Source: Chiloscyllium plagiosum
Taxonomy: Eukaryota
Direction of reading: 5' to 3'
DNA: 64,000 nt
Assembly (NCBI RefSeq): GCF_004010195.1
Contig: NC_057719.1
Span: forward strand, 28,278,747-28,342,746
Positions within the stretch are counted from its first letter, which is position 1. Each line of letters starts with the position of its first letter. The notes below the pieces were generated by a model. It made no database searches. It saw nothing but the letters and a program-made list of their open reading frames with translations, and was not told the origin of the DNA. Below, piece after piece: positions 37,350 to 49,247 of the stretch. The position numbers were made by a program, and so were the translations under genes.

Positions 37350-37798
37350 AACTAGTTTACATAAATGTCCTGGATGAAGGGACCAAAAAGGTTGCTAAAT
37401 TTGCTGATAACTCAAAATATGCAGAAAGGTGCGTTGTAAAGAGGATGTAAGGAAGTTACAAAACAATCTGGAAAATTTATGTGAGTAGCAAAAGTTCTGG
37501 CATGTAAAAAATGGAGTATAATGTGAGAAAATGTGAAGTTGTTCATTTTCGAAGGTAGGACAGAAGAACAGAGTGTTCTTCATATGGAGAAAAACCAGTA
37601 GAAAGCTGCAACACAAAGGGACTGGGAGGGTGTTCTTGCACATGAAACATGGAAAGCTAGCACACAGGGGGAGCAGATGATCAGGGAGGCTAATGGAATG
37701 TTGACCATTATTTCAAGGGGCTTGGAATATAAGAGTAGGGAACTCTTACTACAACTGTACAAGATGCAGGTGAGACCACATCTGGAGTACTGTGAGTG
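37350..37798 (+). mobile_element. Decayed CR1 RT 3' part; continues at 40233-40745 after nested insertions
   Basis: LLQLYKMQVRPHLEYC; continuation ends in a CR1 tail gaatggcctactcttatcctatttc. Confidence 0.8.
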
Positions 37799-37813
37799 TC
37801 ATAGAATCTCTAC

Positions 37814-39953
37814 TTTTTTTTATTTCAAAAATATACTTTATTCATAAAATTATTTGGATCTCTTTACAATTGGTCATGCTATTCTTGCGCACACATTACA
37901 TTTCTTTACATACAGACATCAAAATTTATTTCTTCCTATATACAAGTCTGCACATTTACTATCCAGCTCTTCTGCTGAGGTGTCAGCAGAGCCCAAATGA
38001 CTGGGTGGGCCCCCTGTTCTTCTTAGGCAGGCAGATGTTACACGGTGGTCTTTCCCCACCTCGCCTTGGCAGCAGCTGCCCCAAGCTTCAGCGCATCCCT
38101 CAACACGTAGTCCTGGACTTTGAAATGTGCCAGTCTGCAACACTCAGTCGGGGTCAACTCCTTCAGCTGGAAGATCAACAGGTTTTGGACCACCCAGAGA
38201 GCATCCTTCACCGAGTTGATGATCCTCCAGGCAGAGTTGATGTTCGTCTCGGTGTGCATCCCAGGGAACAGACCGTAGAGCACGGAGTCCCGACAAACAC
38301 CACTGCATTCCTCTCCAGACTTCTTCTGCAAAGGCGCATTCCAGAAGAAGGTGTGTGAGGGCAGCATGCGGTGGGGGAGAGAGTCCGGGCGTGCATAAAG
38401 GATCTCACAGGCAGAGCCCTTCTCACCACCAGCCAAGCCATGTCTTGGTGCTTGTTGAAAAGTTCTGGCGATGAGGTATTCTGCCAAATGGCTTTGACAG
38501 TCTGCTCAGGGAACTGCTCGATAAGATCCGCCCTCTCCTTTTCCCGAAGGGTCTCAAGGACACTACATGCTGACCACTTCCTGATGGACTTGTGGTCAAA
38601 GGTATTTTTCTTCATAAACTTCTCCACGAATGACAGGTGATACGGAATGGTCCAACTACTCGGCAGTGAGGCCAGGCCCATCCTTCGCAACACTGGGGAC
38701 AGGTAGAACCTCAGTACGTAGTGACACTTGGTGTTTGCGTACCGGGGATTCACACACAGCTTGATGCAGCCACACACAAAGGTGGCCATCAGGGTGAGGG
38801 TGGCATTGGGTGTATTTTTTCCCCCGTTGCCCAGATCTTTATACATCGAGTCCCTTCGGACCCGGTCCATCTTTGATCTCCATATAAATTGGAAGATGGC
38901 CCGGATGACTGCAGCGGCACAGTTTCTGGGAATAGACCAGACCTGTGCCATGTATAACAGCAATGACAGCAATGACAGTGCCTCACACCTGATGACCAGG
39001 TTTTTTCCTGTGATGGAGAGCGACCATAGCTTCCATCTGCCTAGTTTCTGCCTCACTTTGCTGATACGTTCCTCCCAAGACTTGGCACATGCCCCAGCCC
39101 CCCCCAAACCAAATACCCAGCACCTTCAGGTGGTCAGTCCTGACAGTGAAGGGGATCGAGGATTGGTCGGCCCAGTTCCCGAAGAGCATGGCCTCGCTCT
39201 TGCCTCGGTTTACCTTGGCCTCCAAGACCTGTTCGAACTGGTCACATATGCACATGAGTCTGTGCACGGACAGCGGATCTGAGCAGAAAACGGCGNNNNN
39301 NNNNNNNNNNNNNNNNNNNNNNNNNNNNNNNNNNNNNNNNNNNNNNNNNNNNNNNNNNNNNNNNNNNNNNNNNNNNNNNNNNNNNNNNNNNNNNNNNNNN
39401 NNNNNNNNNNNNNNNNNNNNNNNNNNNNNNNNNNNNNNNNNNNNNNNNNNNNNNNNNNNNNNNNNNNNNNNNNNNNNNNNNNNNNNNNNNNNNNNNNNNN
39501 NNNNNNNNNNNNNNNNNNNNNNNNNNNNNNNNNNNNNNNNNNNNNNNNNNNNNCTGCCCGGCACAGCACAGGTTTGGTCAGGGTGAATCACCGACTCCAG
39601 AGCAGACCTGACTCGGTTAGCAATTACCTTTGACAGAATTTTGTAATCCGCATTCAATAGTGAGATTGGTCTCCAATTTTTGAGTTCCTCCCTCTCCCCC
39701 TTCCGCTTGTAGATGAGGGTGATGATGCCTTTCCTCATGGATTCACTCATGCTACCTGCCCGAAGTATACTGACATACACCTCCAGTAGGTCCCGGCCAA
39801 TCAACTCCCACAGAGCAGAATAGAGCTCGACCGGTAAGCCGTTGCTTCCGGGAGTTTTATTGGTCAGCTTGTCCAGAGATAGCGGCTGGTCCAGCCTCTC
39901 CCGTGTTCTGTCGTCTAAGACCTTCATGATAGAGGACAGGAACGACTGGGAGG
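37814..39953 (-). mobile_element. 5'-truncated Tx1-clade (L1 group) retrotransposon: RT, C-terminal zinc-finger region, poly(A)
   Basis: KTPGSNGLPVELYS, LKNWRPISLLNADYKILSKVIANR, HPDQTCAVPG, LSITGKNLVI; T8 at 37814-37821; N gap inside RT. Confidence 0.92.
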
Positions 39954-40232
39954 TCCCTACAGTGTGGAAAACAGGCCATTTCGCCCAACAAGTCCACACC
40001 AACCCTCCGAAGAGTAACCCAAGCTGACCATTCCCCTACCCTATTACTTTACGTTTACCCCTGACTAATGCACCTAACCTACACATCCCTGAATACTATG
40101 GGCAATTTAGCATGGCCAATTCACCTAACTTGCACATCTTTGGATTGCGGGAGGAAACCGGAGCATCCGGAGGAAAGTCACGCAGACACGGGGAGAATAT
40201 GCAAACTCCACACAGACAGTCGCCCAAGGCTG
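39954..40232 (-). mobile_element. HE1-like V-SINE whose tail (37798-37813) is separated by the Tx1 insertion
   Basis: gtcatagaatctctac | tccctacagtgtggaaaacaggcc. Confidence 0.85.
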
Positions 40233-41484
40233 GAGTAGTTTTGCTTCCTTTATTTAAGGAAAGATATTATTTCATTGGAGGCAGTTCAGACAAGATCTGC
40301 TATGGTGGGATTGTCTTATGAGCAAAGGCTAAAGAGCTTGGGACTTTATTAATCGTGGCTTAGGAGAATGAGAGGTGATGTCATTGAAACAGAGGATTCT
40401 TAAGGGGCTTGATAGTGAATATACTCAGAGGATGTTTCTCCTCATGGGAGAGTCTAAAACATCATCTCAGACTAAAGGGTTGCCAATTTAAGACTGAGTT
40501 GAGGAGGAATTTCTTCTGTCAGAGGGCTGAAAGTATTTGGAACTTCTTGCTACAAAGAGCTGTGGGGGCAGAGTTCTTGTGTTTCATTTAGGTTGAGATA
40601 GGCTGGTTCTTGATCTGTAGTGGAATTGAGAGTTTCAGGTAAAACTCTGGAAATTGGAAGGAGGAATGTCGGATCAGCCATGATCCTATTGAATGGCAGA
40701 CAGACCCGAGGGGCTGAATGGCCTACTCTTATCCTATTTCTTAGTGTCACATAGAGAAGATGCTTGCTAGTGGGAAAATCTAGAACTGTGGTACACTGTT
40801 TAAAACAAATAGTTTTCCCATTTTGACAGGTATGAAGAGACATTTTTACTCTTAAACATTGTCTGTTTTTGAGCTATTCCTCAGTGGAAGCAGGCAGTAA
40901 AGTCTTTCAGTAAAGGCAGTAAAGCAAAGTCTTTCAATATTTTTAATGCAGTTGTGATAGATTCTTGGTTTAAAAAAAAAGAAGGTGAAAGGTTATCAGG
41001 CGTAAGCAGAAATATTGAGTTGATGTTATGATCAGAATAGCCACAATCTTAGTAAACGTTGGAGGGACCAAATAGCCTACTCCTTCTTCCAAATCCTACG
41101 TCCTTATGTGAGACTTTATAGTGGTGGCATCCATTGAATGTATGAACATAGTTAAGCTGTTATTTTAAATTGTTTATGATGTCTTGCCTACTATGGTGAT
41201 AGGTATGTGAGTTTTTATTCTTCATAAATATAACTGCCAGAATCTTCTCATAGCCTGAACAACAAAAACGTTGGTGAGAAATGTCAGAGAATCGCGTGAG
41301 AAATCAAATTCTTGATGACATTGATCCTGGATGTCAAAATGAGATTCTCACCAATGAGTGGCTAGGGAATATCAACAGGGATTATCACTCATTATTATTT
41401 AATCGCACCTCGTTAATATGCACTGTCCTATTTTACCATTCACCAGATAGAGATTTTCCAACAAGAAGGTCAGAGCAGGCACTG

Positions 41485-42065
41485 GTAGAGTTCATAAGGA
41501 GGAGCCAGTGGATGTGGTTTATTTGGACTTTTAGACGGCTTTCAATCAGGTCATACATAAGAGATCAGCATTTAAAAGCAAAAGGTGTGCATTGGAGGGT
41601 AGTGCATTGACATGGATAGAGAATTGGTTGGCAGGCAGGAAAAAGAGTAAAAGTAAATGGGTCTTTTTCCAAGTGGCAGGCAGTGACTAATGGGGCACCA
41701 CAAGGATCAGTGCTTGGACCACAGCTATTCACAATAGCTAATAGTGATTTAGATGAGGAAACTAAATACAATATCTCCAGGTTTGCAGGTGACACCAAAC
41801 TGAGGAAGGTGAGCTATGAAGAGGATGCAGAAATGCTTCAGTGTGATTTGTACAGGCTGAGAGAGTGAACAAATGCATGGGAAATGAAATATAATATGGA
41901 AAAATCTGAGATCATCCACTTTGGTAGCAAAAACAGAAAGGCATGGTGATAGATTAGGAAAGGGCGAGGTGCAGCAAGACCTGGGTGTCCTTGTTCACCA
42001 GTGACTGAAAGTAAGCTTGTCGGTGAAGCAGGAGGCAAAGAAGGCAAATGGTATGTTGGCCTTCA
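41485..42065 (+). mobile_element. CR1 RT fragment
   Basis: [26 protein letters not shown]. Confidence 0.85.
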
Positions 42066-42683
42066 CACTTAATGTCTACCTGCTTGCTCACAACATCCAT
42101 GCCTTGCCTTTCCTCACAGAGAAATCCTCCAATGAACTCGACGAGAATGACACTTTATCAAAATACGGTAGGATTTAGCTCAACCTGTTATGATAGCTAC
42201 ACAATGCATAGAATGGTCTAAAACACAAATCAAAAAGTAGACTTTGATATAATGTCTCCAATGTTTAATCATGTAATATCCAAAGATCTGTATAGATTAT
42301 GGTACTGAATTATCGCCTGCCTGATGTGGGGAGTAATGGTGAGTAAGGTGGGAAAATACAATGAAAATTTAAAAATCACAATCTTGACATGAAGGTGATG
42401 TTTTCTGATTTGTCCTTCAAAGCTTAAACAGCAACCTCACATCCTTAACATTGAGTCGTGACTATCTTATACACCACCTCTAATTTGTCTCTTCTCCCCA
42501 CAGAAGCTCAACATTCCAAATTCCCAACATTGTAAACCAGAGCGGGTGTCTGGCAGCTGCAGCTCACTGAACCCAATTTGGTGCACCACAGTCTGGTGGA
42601 CTCCTGCGGTGGTCAGTTGGAAAAAGGATCCCCTTCCTCTCCCTTATCCTATCCACAAGATCTCCAGGTCCCTATCTACAAAG

Positions 42684-42720
42684 CAGAGAGAAGGTGAGAG
42701 AGAGAGAGAGAGAGAGAGAG
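42684..42720 (+). repeat. (GA)n microsatellite
   Basis: Direct reading. Confidence 0.9.
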
Positions 42721-45007
42721 CTTTCCTTCCCTCCTGGCTGCTTCCTCAGTGATAACGTTCAAGATGCACAGTGTGAGGGTTAGTTCCTTGCTTGCAGCAT
42801 CTGAAGGGGTGTGCAGCTAGGCTGTTAATATGGCATCCACTGTTTGAACACATAAAGACTTCGACAGCGGCGAGCACTTCGAATTGTGTAATTCCCTGAG
42901 AAAGGTACTTGGTCGCATAAGTAACAAGATGAAGAGCGGGAAACTGCATGAGAAAAGTCACTCTGAATGATGGCGAACTAGGTGCCATGAATAACACTCA
43001 ACAAAACATTGAACTGAAAATGGGAACATTCTGTCCTTAGTGTGAAAGCAACATGAAAATTACCTCATTAAACTGTCATATAAATATTTATTCAAAACTC
43101 AAAATTGATATACGATCCAGGAAAGTATAATAAGGCAGCATGCTATTGGTTGTATTGGCAGTGGTGTTTGCCCCATCTTTTACTGTACGCTTAAAATAAT
43201 TTTCTGCCTATTGGAAATCCACCCTTGGTAAATTCCTGGAAGGAGATGTGAACCAGGTGCTCAAATAAACGACTCGAGTTTGAATCCCAATCTCAGTCAT
43301 GCTGGTGAAGATAAGGCAAGAAAAATTGGGTGGAAAATGATTACTTGGCCAAGGGCCACCATTGACACTATCCATTCAGCTGACTACGGCCTGTGCCATC
43401 CACCCCCCACCCCCTGACGATTAAGGACCAGGGAGGCAGAAATTTGGAAAGAAGCCATCACATGCAAGGAACGGCAAATTCCTGATGACAAGCCAGCTGA
43501 AAATAAAATCCACACATGAGCAACAGGAGTTAAAAATAAAAGCAGCAACAAAGTGCAAACACTGATTTTCAGATCAAATGACCAAACATTCAGAGAACCT
43601 GTGAGCAAAGCCGAGACACAGAAAATCTGGTGATCTTGATGTGATTTATTGTCACCAGTGCCACCGATTAAAATAAGTGCCTTTTTGCCTGATCCCTGCT
43701 TCAAAGAAGAACTCTAAGGGCTCATAAAATTCCAGAGTACAAATAGGTGCCTCTGAGTTCCAGTTATTACTGCATGCCCCACAAGTATTGAGACATATAA
43801 TCTGTAAAAAGTCAGCTTCAAAGCTCCATAGAGATTGGTGTTAACCCTGACCTCTGCCCCTGCTCTACTTGGGGTGTCCAGACTTCTAACCAGGTGTTTT
43901 GAATAAGTGCATTTTATTTCCAGAGATGCAATCAAAATGTTCACACTTTTGTATTTGGAATAGTAATACTTTCCCTCTCTTTCACAGTTCATAATTTATA
44001 TTCTCCCATTCTACTTCTGGCATTTTGCCTCCCTATCTAGCATGGTGGCATCAATCTTAAGGAAAAGTGCTGCAATAAAACATGCATTAGGGGCAAAGGC
44101 CGAGAAGATATGACAAAGTCAAACATGGGAAACAGTTCATATAAACACTGAGATTTAACCCTCTTTTCAGCTTCCTTTTAATAACCATCCAGTGCAATTG
44201 TCCAGCTATTTTAAGATGGTAAAATGACTAAATAATGTAAGTATCTTGAGTCTCACATTTTCATTCTTCAAAATATTGCTTGCCAAATGTAAAACCTAAT
44301 CGTCGGAACTTTTTATGCAGTTCAACATTTAATTGGGAGTACACAGGAATCCACACTCAGCATAGCTACTGATGCCATCGGTAACCTCAATTAGTCCATG
44401 CTGATTCTAAACAAGTGTTACTCATTGCAATTTAAACCAATCCTCCTGAGTACTGTGGTATGAGTTCAGCTAAACATCACCCAAAAGCCAATGTAAGTCA
44501 GGTTGTGAATAAAGGACAGCTCACAAGTACAACTATGTCACACTCAATTGTGGATAGTAGATACTCTCTACAATGACACACATTAAATAAACCACAAACT
44601 GGTGCAATGAAATGTCAGACAAAAGGGCTTTGTGGAGCAGCCTGTTAAAGGAGAATTGTTACAGGCACATAAAACATTTTAAGAAATGTCTGTGGAAAGA
44701 AAAGGAATTTCCGCATCATCTAAATTGCCGACTTTCAGTACAAACAGCTTTTCAAACGTTAAAATTTACCTGCACAATATTATGGTATTCCTAGTTTTGA
44801 TTATGCATACACTCTTTACCCTGTAGGGGGTGCACTGGGTCCAAGCACAACTATGGGTGCTAGTTTAGTGCATAAAAGGGATTACTATACAGGAAAGATT
44901 CAAGCACTCCTGTTTTCAAGCACAAGGAGTTGCAAATTCGGCACATACATCAGTCCTCCACTTACCTCCCCCTCCCCAACCCCAACATGGTCCATGCTGC
45001 CTCCTTG

Positions 45008-45655
45008 TTTAATTTGATTTATTGTAGTCATATGTACCAAAATACAATGAAAATATTTGTTTTGCGAGCAGTACAGACAGATCATAGCAAACAAGGACAT
45101 ACAGATTATAGGGTGCTTAGAGACAGTGAGGCAGGCAAGGTGTTAGCTGCACAGGAGGTGCGCAAAAAAGGATTAACATTATTTGAAGTTAGAGAGGTCT
45201 ATTCAATAGTCTTATAATGGCAGGGAAGAAGGTGTTCTTGAATCTGTTGGTGCGTGTTCAAGTTTCTGTTTCTTCTGCTGAATGTAAGGGATTGTAGGAG
45301 AGCAATACAAGGATGGGAGGGGTCTTTGTAGATGTTGGCGGCCTTTCTGCAGCAACGTGAGGTGTAAGTGGAGTCCATGGATGGGAGGTTGGCTTTTGTG
45401 ATGGTCTGGGCTCTGAAACTTTTTGTAGTTTCTTACAGTCCTGGGCAGAGCAGTTGCTGTACCAGGCTGTTATGCACCCGGATAGAATGCTTTCTATGGT
45501 GCATCTGTAAAAGCTGGTGAAAGTCCTTATGGATATGCCAAATGTTTGAGCCATCTAAAGAAAAAGAGGTGTTGTTGTGCCTTCTTGACTATTGCATCTA
45601 TGTGGGGGGTCAAAGACGGTTTGTCTTTTATCATCACTCCTAGGAACTTGACACA
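45008..45655 (-). mobile_element. Rex1/Babar-type LINE 3' fragment
   Basis: FGISIRTFTSFYRCTIESILSGCITAWYSNCSAQDCKKLQKV is typical of the Rex1 C-terminus. Confidence 0.85.
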
Positions 45656-45842
45656 TTTCAATGACTTCTGCTTGCATCATAGCATGCACACTCAACAATG
45701 GTGGATTGGCGGCACTAGCAGCATGCATGGCAGCTCCCAAGAGTTTCAACTGGCCTCTACTTCTTAAAGGGAAAGTGCACAGATAATGCAGAGCCACTGT
45801 TGAATCTGTGGAGGAAATTACCATACGGAGAAACCACAGCAA

Positions 45843-46079
45843 ATGGACCACGAGGGAGGAGAGAGAGGGAGGAGCGAGAGGGTTTCCAGGTTTTCTGATC
45901 CATTGTTGGAAATTTTACTAAAGGAGGTGGAAAGCAGGAGGAAGCTATATTTCCACAAAACTCAAAAAACAAACTCTGGGAAGGGAATGACAATAGTTGG
46001 CCAGAGAGATCAGTTGCAGACTGTGACTGTGAGGACCTGGCAACAGTGCCAGAAGAAGCTTGAAGATGGCCAGAGTTAG
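45843..46079 (+). mobile_element. Myb/SANT-like DNA-binding domain remnant, probably from a PIF/Harbinger transposon
   Basis: RVSRFSDPLLEILLKEVESRR...VRTWQQCQKKLED matches the Myb_DNA-bind_5 pattern. Confidence 0.7.
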
Positions 46080-48534
46080 GGAATACATCTTCTATTGATT
46101 TCTCCTTTCTGCTGCACAACTAACCTCTCATTGATCATTCGCCATCAGCAGGCTGAACTGACACCTAACATTCATACAGCAGTACAATAATCTGTAACAT
46201 CCAAATACTCCCCCTCATCCTCCCACACTTACCAATGTAGTCAGCCTCATACTTACCTCTCATGGCTTCCACACACAGCTATTTAGCTACAGCAGGAACA
46301 GTCCCCAAATACAATAGAACCTAAGTGCTGACATTGCTTCCTCCTTCTTGCAGGCTGAACTAGAATCTCCAGGAGCATAGGAGAACCAGCAGCAAGAGGC
46401 AAATCAGGACCTGACAGAGGCTACTTCAGGTATCCCTGAAAACAGTTAGAGTAATGATATGTGGGTGCCTTATACTCTTCCTCAAATGCCATCTCACACT
46501 GGCATTAAGTATAAGACACAAGGGGTGTGACCATGGACCTCTTGGTTTCTAGCAGCTGTTTCTCCCACTCCAACCCTCCCTTTCTGAGTGTCTGTTTTCA
46601 AATACCCATGGACTACCAGCTGGCGAGCCATGTCTGCCTCATAAGGAAAGAGATGAGCTACCTACCACTCACCTCTGAGGAGGAAGCACAATTCCTTGAC
46701 CTGACTCACTGACAGCCACCTTCTCAGATTCTTGCACTGTGTGTACCTTACAGGATGGTAGATAGCTACAATCTGCACATGGTTAGCCACCGTATGTGAC
46801 AGGGCTGCTATTGGGGGTTGGGCTGTCAGGGAAATGGGGGTCAGGGAGAGGTTCAGTCTGCCTGCTTCCTGGACAGAGAGGTCACAGGCAAGTTGTGCTG
46901 CAAGGGACAAATTGAGGATTTCAACAATGTGTCTTTACAGGGGAAGGCAGACAAATCTGCACATCCATGTGCTTTCTGTGTTAACAGGCCTGTCAGATAG
47001 CCTATTGTCACTGTCAACAAGCATGAAGGAGTCAGCTCCTATGTGGCTAAGAGTTGATTCTTTCCGGCTTGGTTGTTAACAAAGGCAAAGTTGCTTTAGA
47101 CCTCCCAGATCCTAGGGCTGCTTTCTCATTACAGAGAGACGACTGGAAGTATTTTAACCTGAAGGTTACCACACCTCAGGGAAGGGGCAAGGTTGAGAGG
47201 TGGGGCCTTTTTGGTAACCTCAGCTGGTTTGGGAATTGAACGCATGTTGTCAACCTCAGTCTGCAAATGAGCCAATGTCAGCACTGTGACTACTATGAGA
47301 GACCAAAAAGGCTGATTTTTCAGGCATTACCTGAAGTGATGAATACACTGCAACATTTCCAGGCTGGAAATCTATTGTTCCAAAACATCAGGGTCTGAAT
47401 TTGTGCTATGGCCAAGAGGATTCCCGGTTAAGCCAAAATGGTGGTGGAAGTCCAAATATAGAAGTCCAAGCCATGAATATGACACCAGCTATTTTCATTT
47501 TGGGGGGGACCAGGGACAGGTTGGACTTGACATCTTCCAGTTCACAAAATGTTAAAATGTGGTTGACTTCAGTAAATTCCAAATTTCGCCAGTAGAATGT
47601 ACGAGCTTTGAAATGTTTATGCGAAGGTCTAAAGCTAACGGGAGTATTTGGAGAGGTGGACTACACACTTGTATAGGAACAGGGCTGGCTTAGGGAAAGC
47701 AAGGTGCCCTTTAGGGTTGCTTAAAGTAGACATGAATATGTGTAAAATGCGAGGAAACCCACAGAAACTGTTGAGCTATCAGGAGAACTCTCATGTTTAG
47801 GGAACTACAAGCTGTCAAACCATTGAAATCTCTTGACCTTTAAATGTTTGAGGAAACTGTCTGTAGTATAAAAAAAGTTGCTATTTCAATCTATCTGTTG
47901 ACATAGGCCTGAGGACTATGACTAAAGAATTTGTGTTGTTTAACTCAGTTTACAATGCCTGTCAGTTCACAGTTGGATTGACAACGCCAGTTGCTCATAA
48001 AGTCTCTGAAGTGGGACTATAAATACAAGACCGTATTTTTCTAAGGAGGAATTAGATAGTTAAGAAAGTCAGGTATTTGGAATAGGGTTTTTACTACTGC
48101 GAGCTTTTATTTTAAAGTGTAATCATGGTGGATGTGATGAGAACTAACATGGAGGGTGCAGGAGCAAACAATCATGGATGGAGTTCATGGGTTATCATCA
48201 GTTAGCACAAAGCTAGCATGGGATTACAAAATGCCCTGTGATGTGGGTAGATGAGGATAGTTCATCATTGAGGTAACTGGGGGAGGGCGGGGGTGGCAAG
48301 TGATTGATTGAGGTAAACATTTGCATGAAGGGTATGAAGCCCATGGCAATGTCTGAAAAGTGTCTGTATGTGTGTGTGTCTCAAAGGGGTGAGGGCTGTA
48401 GGATTGTTGTTTTTCTACTTATTTCCTTTTTAACAGGTGCAATGAAATCCTACATGGTGGACACGAGCCTTTTAAACAAACTTGCTTCCATGCCCAATTG
48501 GCCCTATGGCTGTCTCCAGACTCTTTCTGCCCCA

Positions 48535-48948
48535 ATGTACATGGTGGCTTAGTGGTTAGCACTGCCATCACTGAGCACCTGGGATTGGGTTCAATTCCAG
48601 CCTCGGGTGACTGTCTGTGTGGAGTTTGCACAATCTGCCTGTGTCTGTTGGGTTTCTACTGGGTGCTCCAGTTTCCTCCCACAGTCCAAAGATGTACAGA
48701 GTAGGTGGATTGGCCGTGTTAAGTTACCCATAGTGTGCAGGCTAGGCAGATTATGCTTACAATTGAATTTTTTGTACTATGAAACTGAGATTTTTTTATG
48801 TTACTGTGGGCTCTGTGAATTAGAAAATATTGGGAAATGCAGTATTACTGGAATGGGGGGGGGGGGAAAGACTGTGGGTGCGATGCTCTTTGCAGGGGCT
48901 GACTTGATGGATTGAATGGCCTACTTCTATACTGTCGGGGTTCTATGA
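48535..48948 (+). mobile_element. HE1-like V-SINE carrying an 81-bp foreign insert
   Basis: Head and V-domain; insert at 48750-48830. Confidence 0.85.
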
Positions 48949-48949
48949 T

Positions 48950-49247
48950 CAAATTACTTACAGTGTGGCAACAAGTCCTTCGGCCCAACAAGTCCATACC
49001 AACCCTCCGGAGAGCCACCCACCCAGACCCTTCCCCTACACCTAATACTACAGGCAATTTAGCATGGCTAATTCACCTAACCTGCACATCTTTGGACTGT
49101 GGGAGGAAACTGGAGCACCCGGATGAAACCCACGCAGACACGGGGAGAATGTGCAAACTCCACACAGACAGTTGCCTGAGGTGGGAATTGAACCCGGGTC
49201 TCTGGCGCTGTGAGGCAACAGTGCTAACCACTGTGCCACCGTGCCGT
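48950..49247 (-). mobile_element. HE1-like V-SINE, tail-to-tail with the previous copy
   Basis: Full-length reverse copy. Confidence 0.9.

Noticed and set aside
38208..39107. 299-aa ORF as a host gene or active element
   Set aside because: Part of a 5'-truncated, frameshifted Tx1 ORF2
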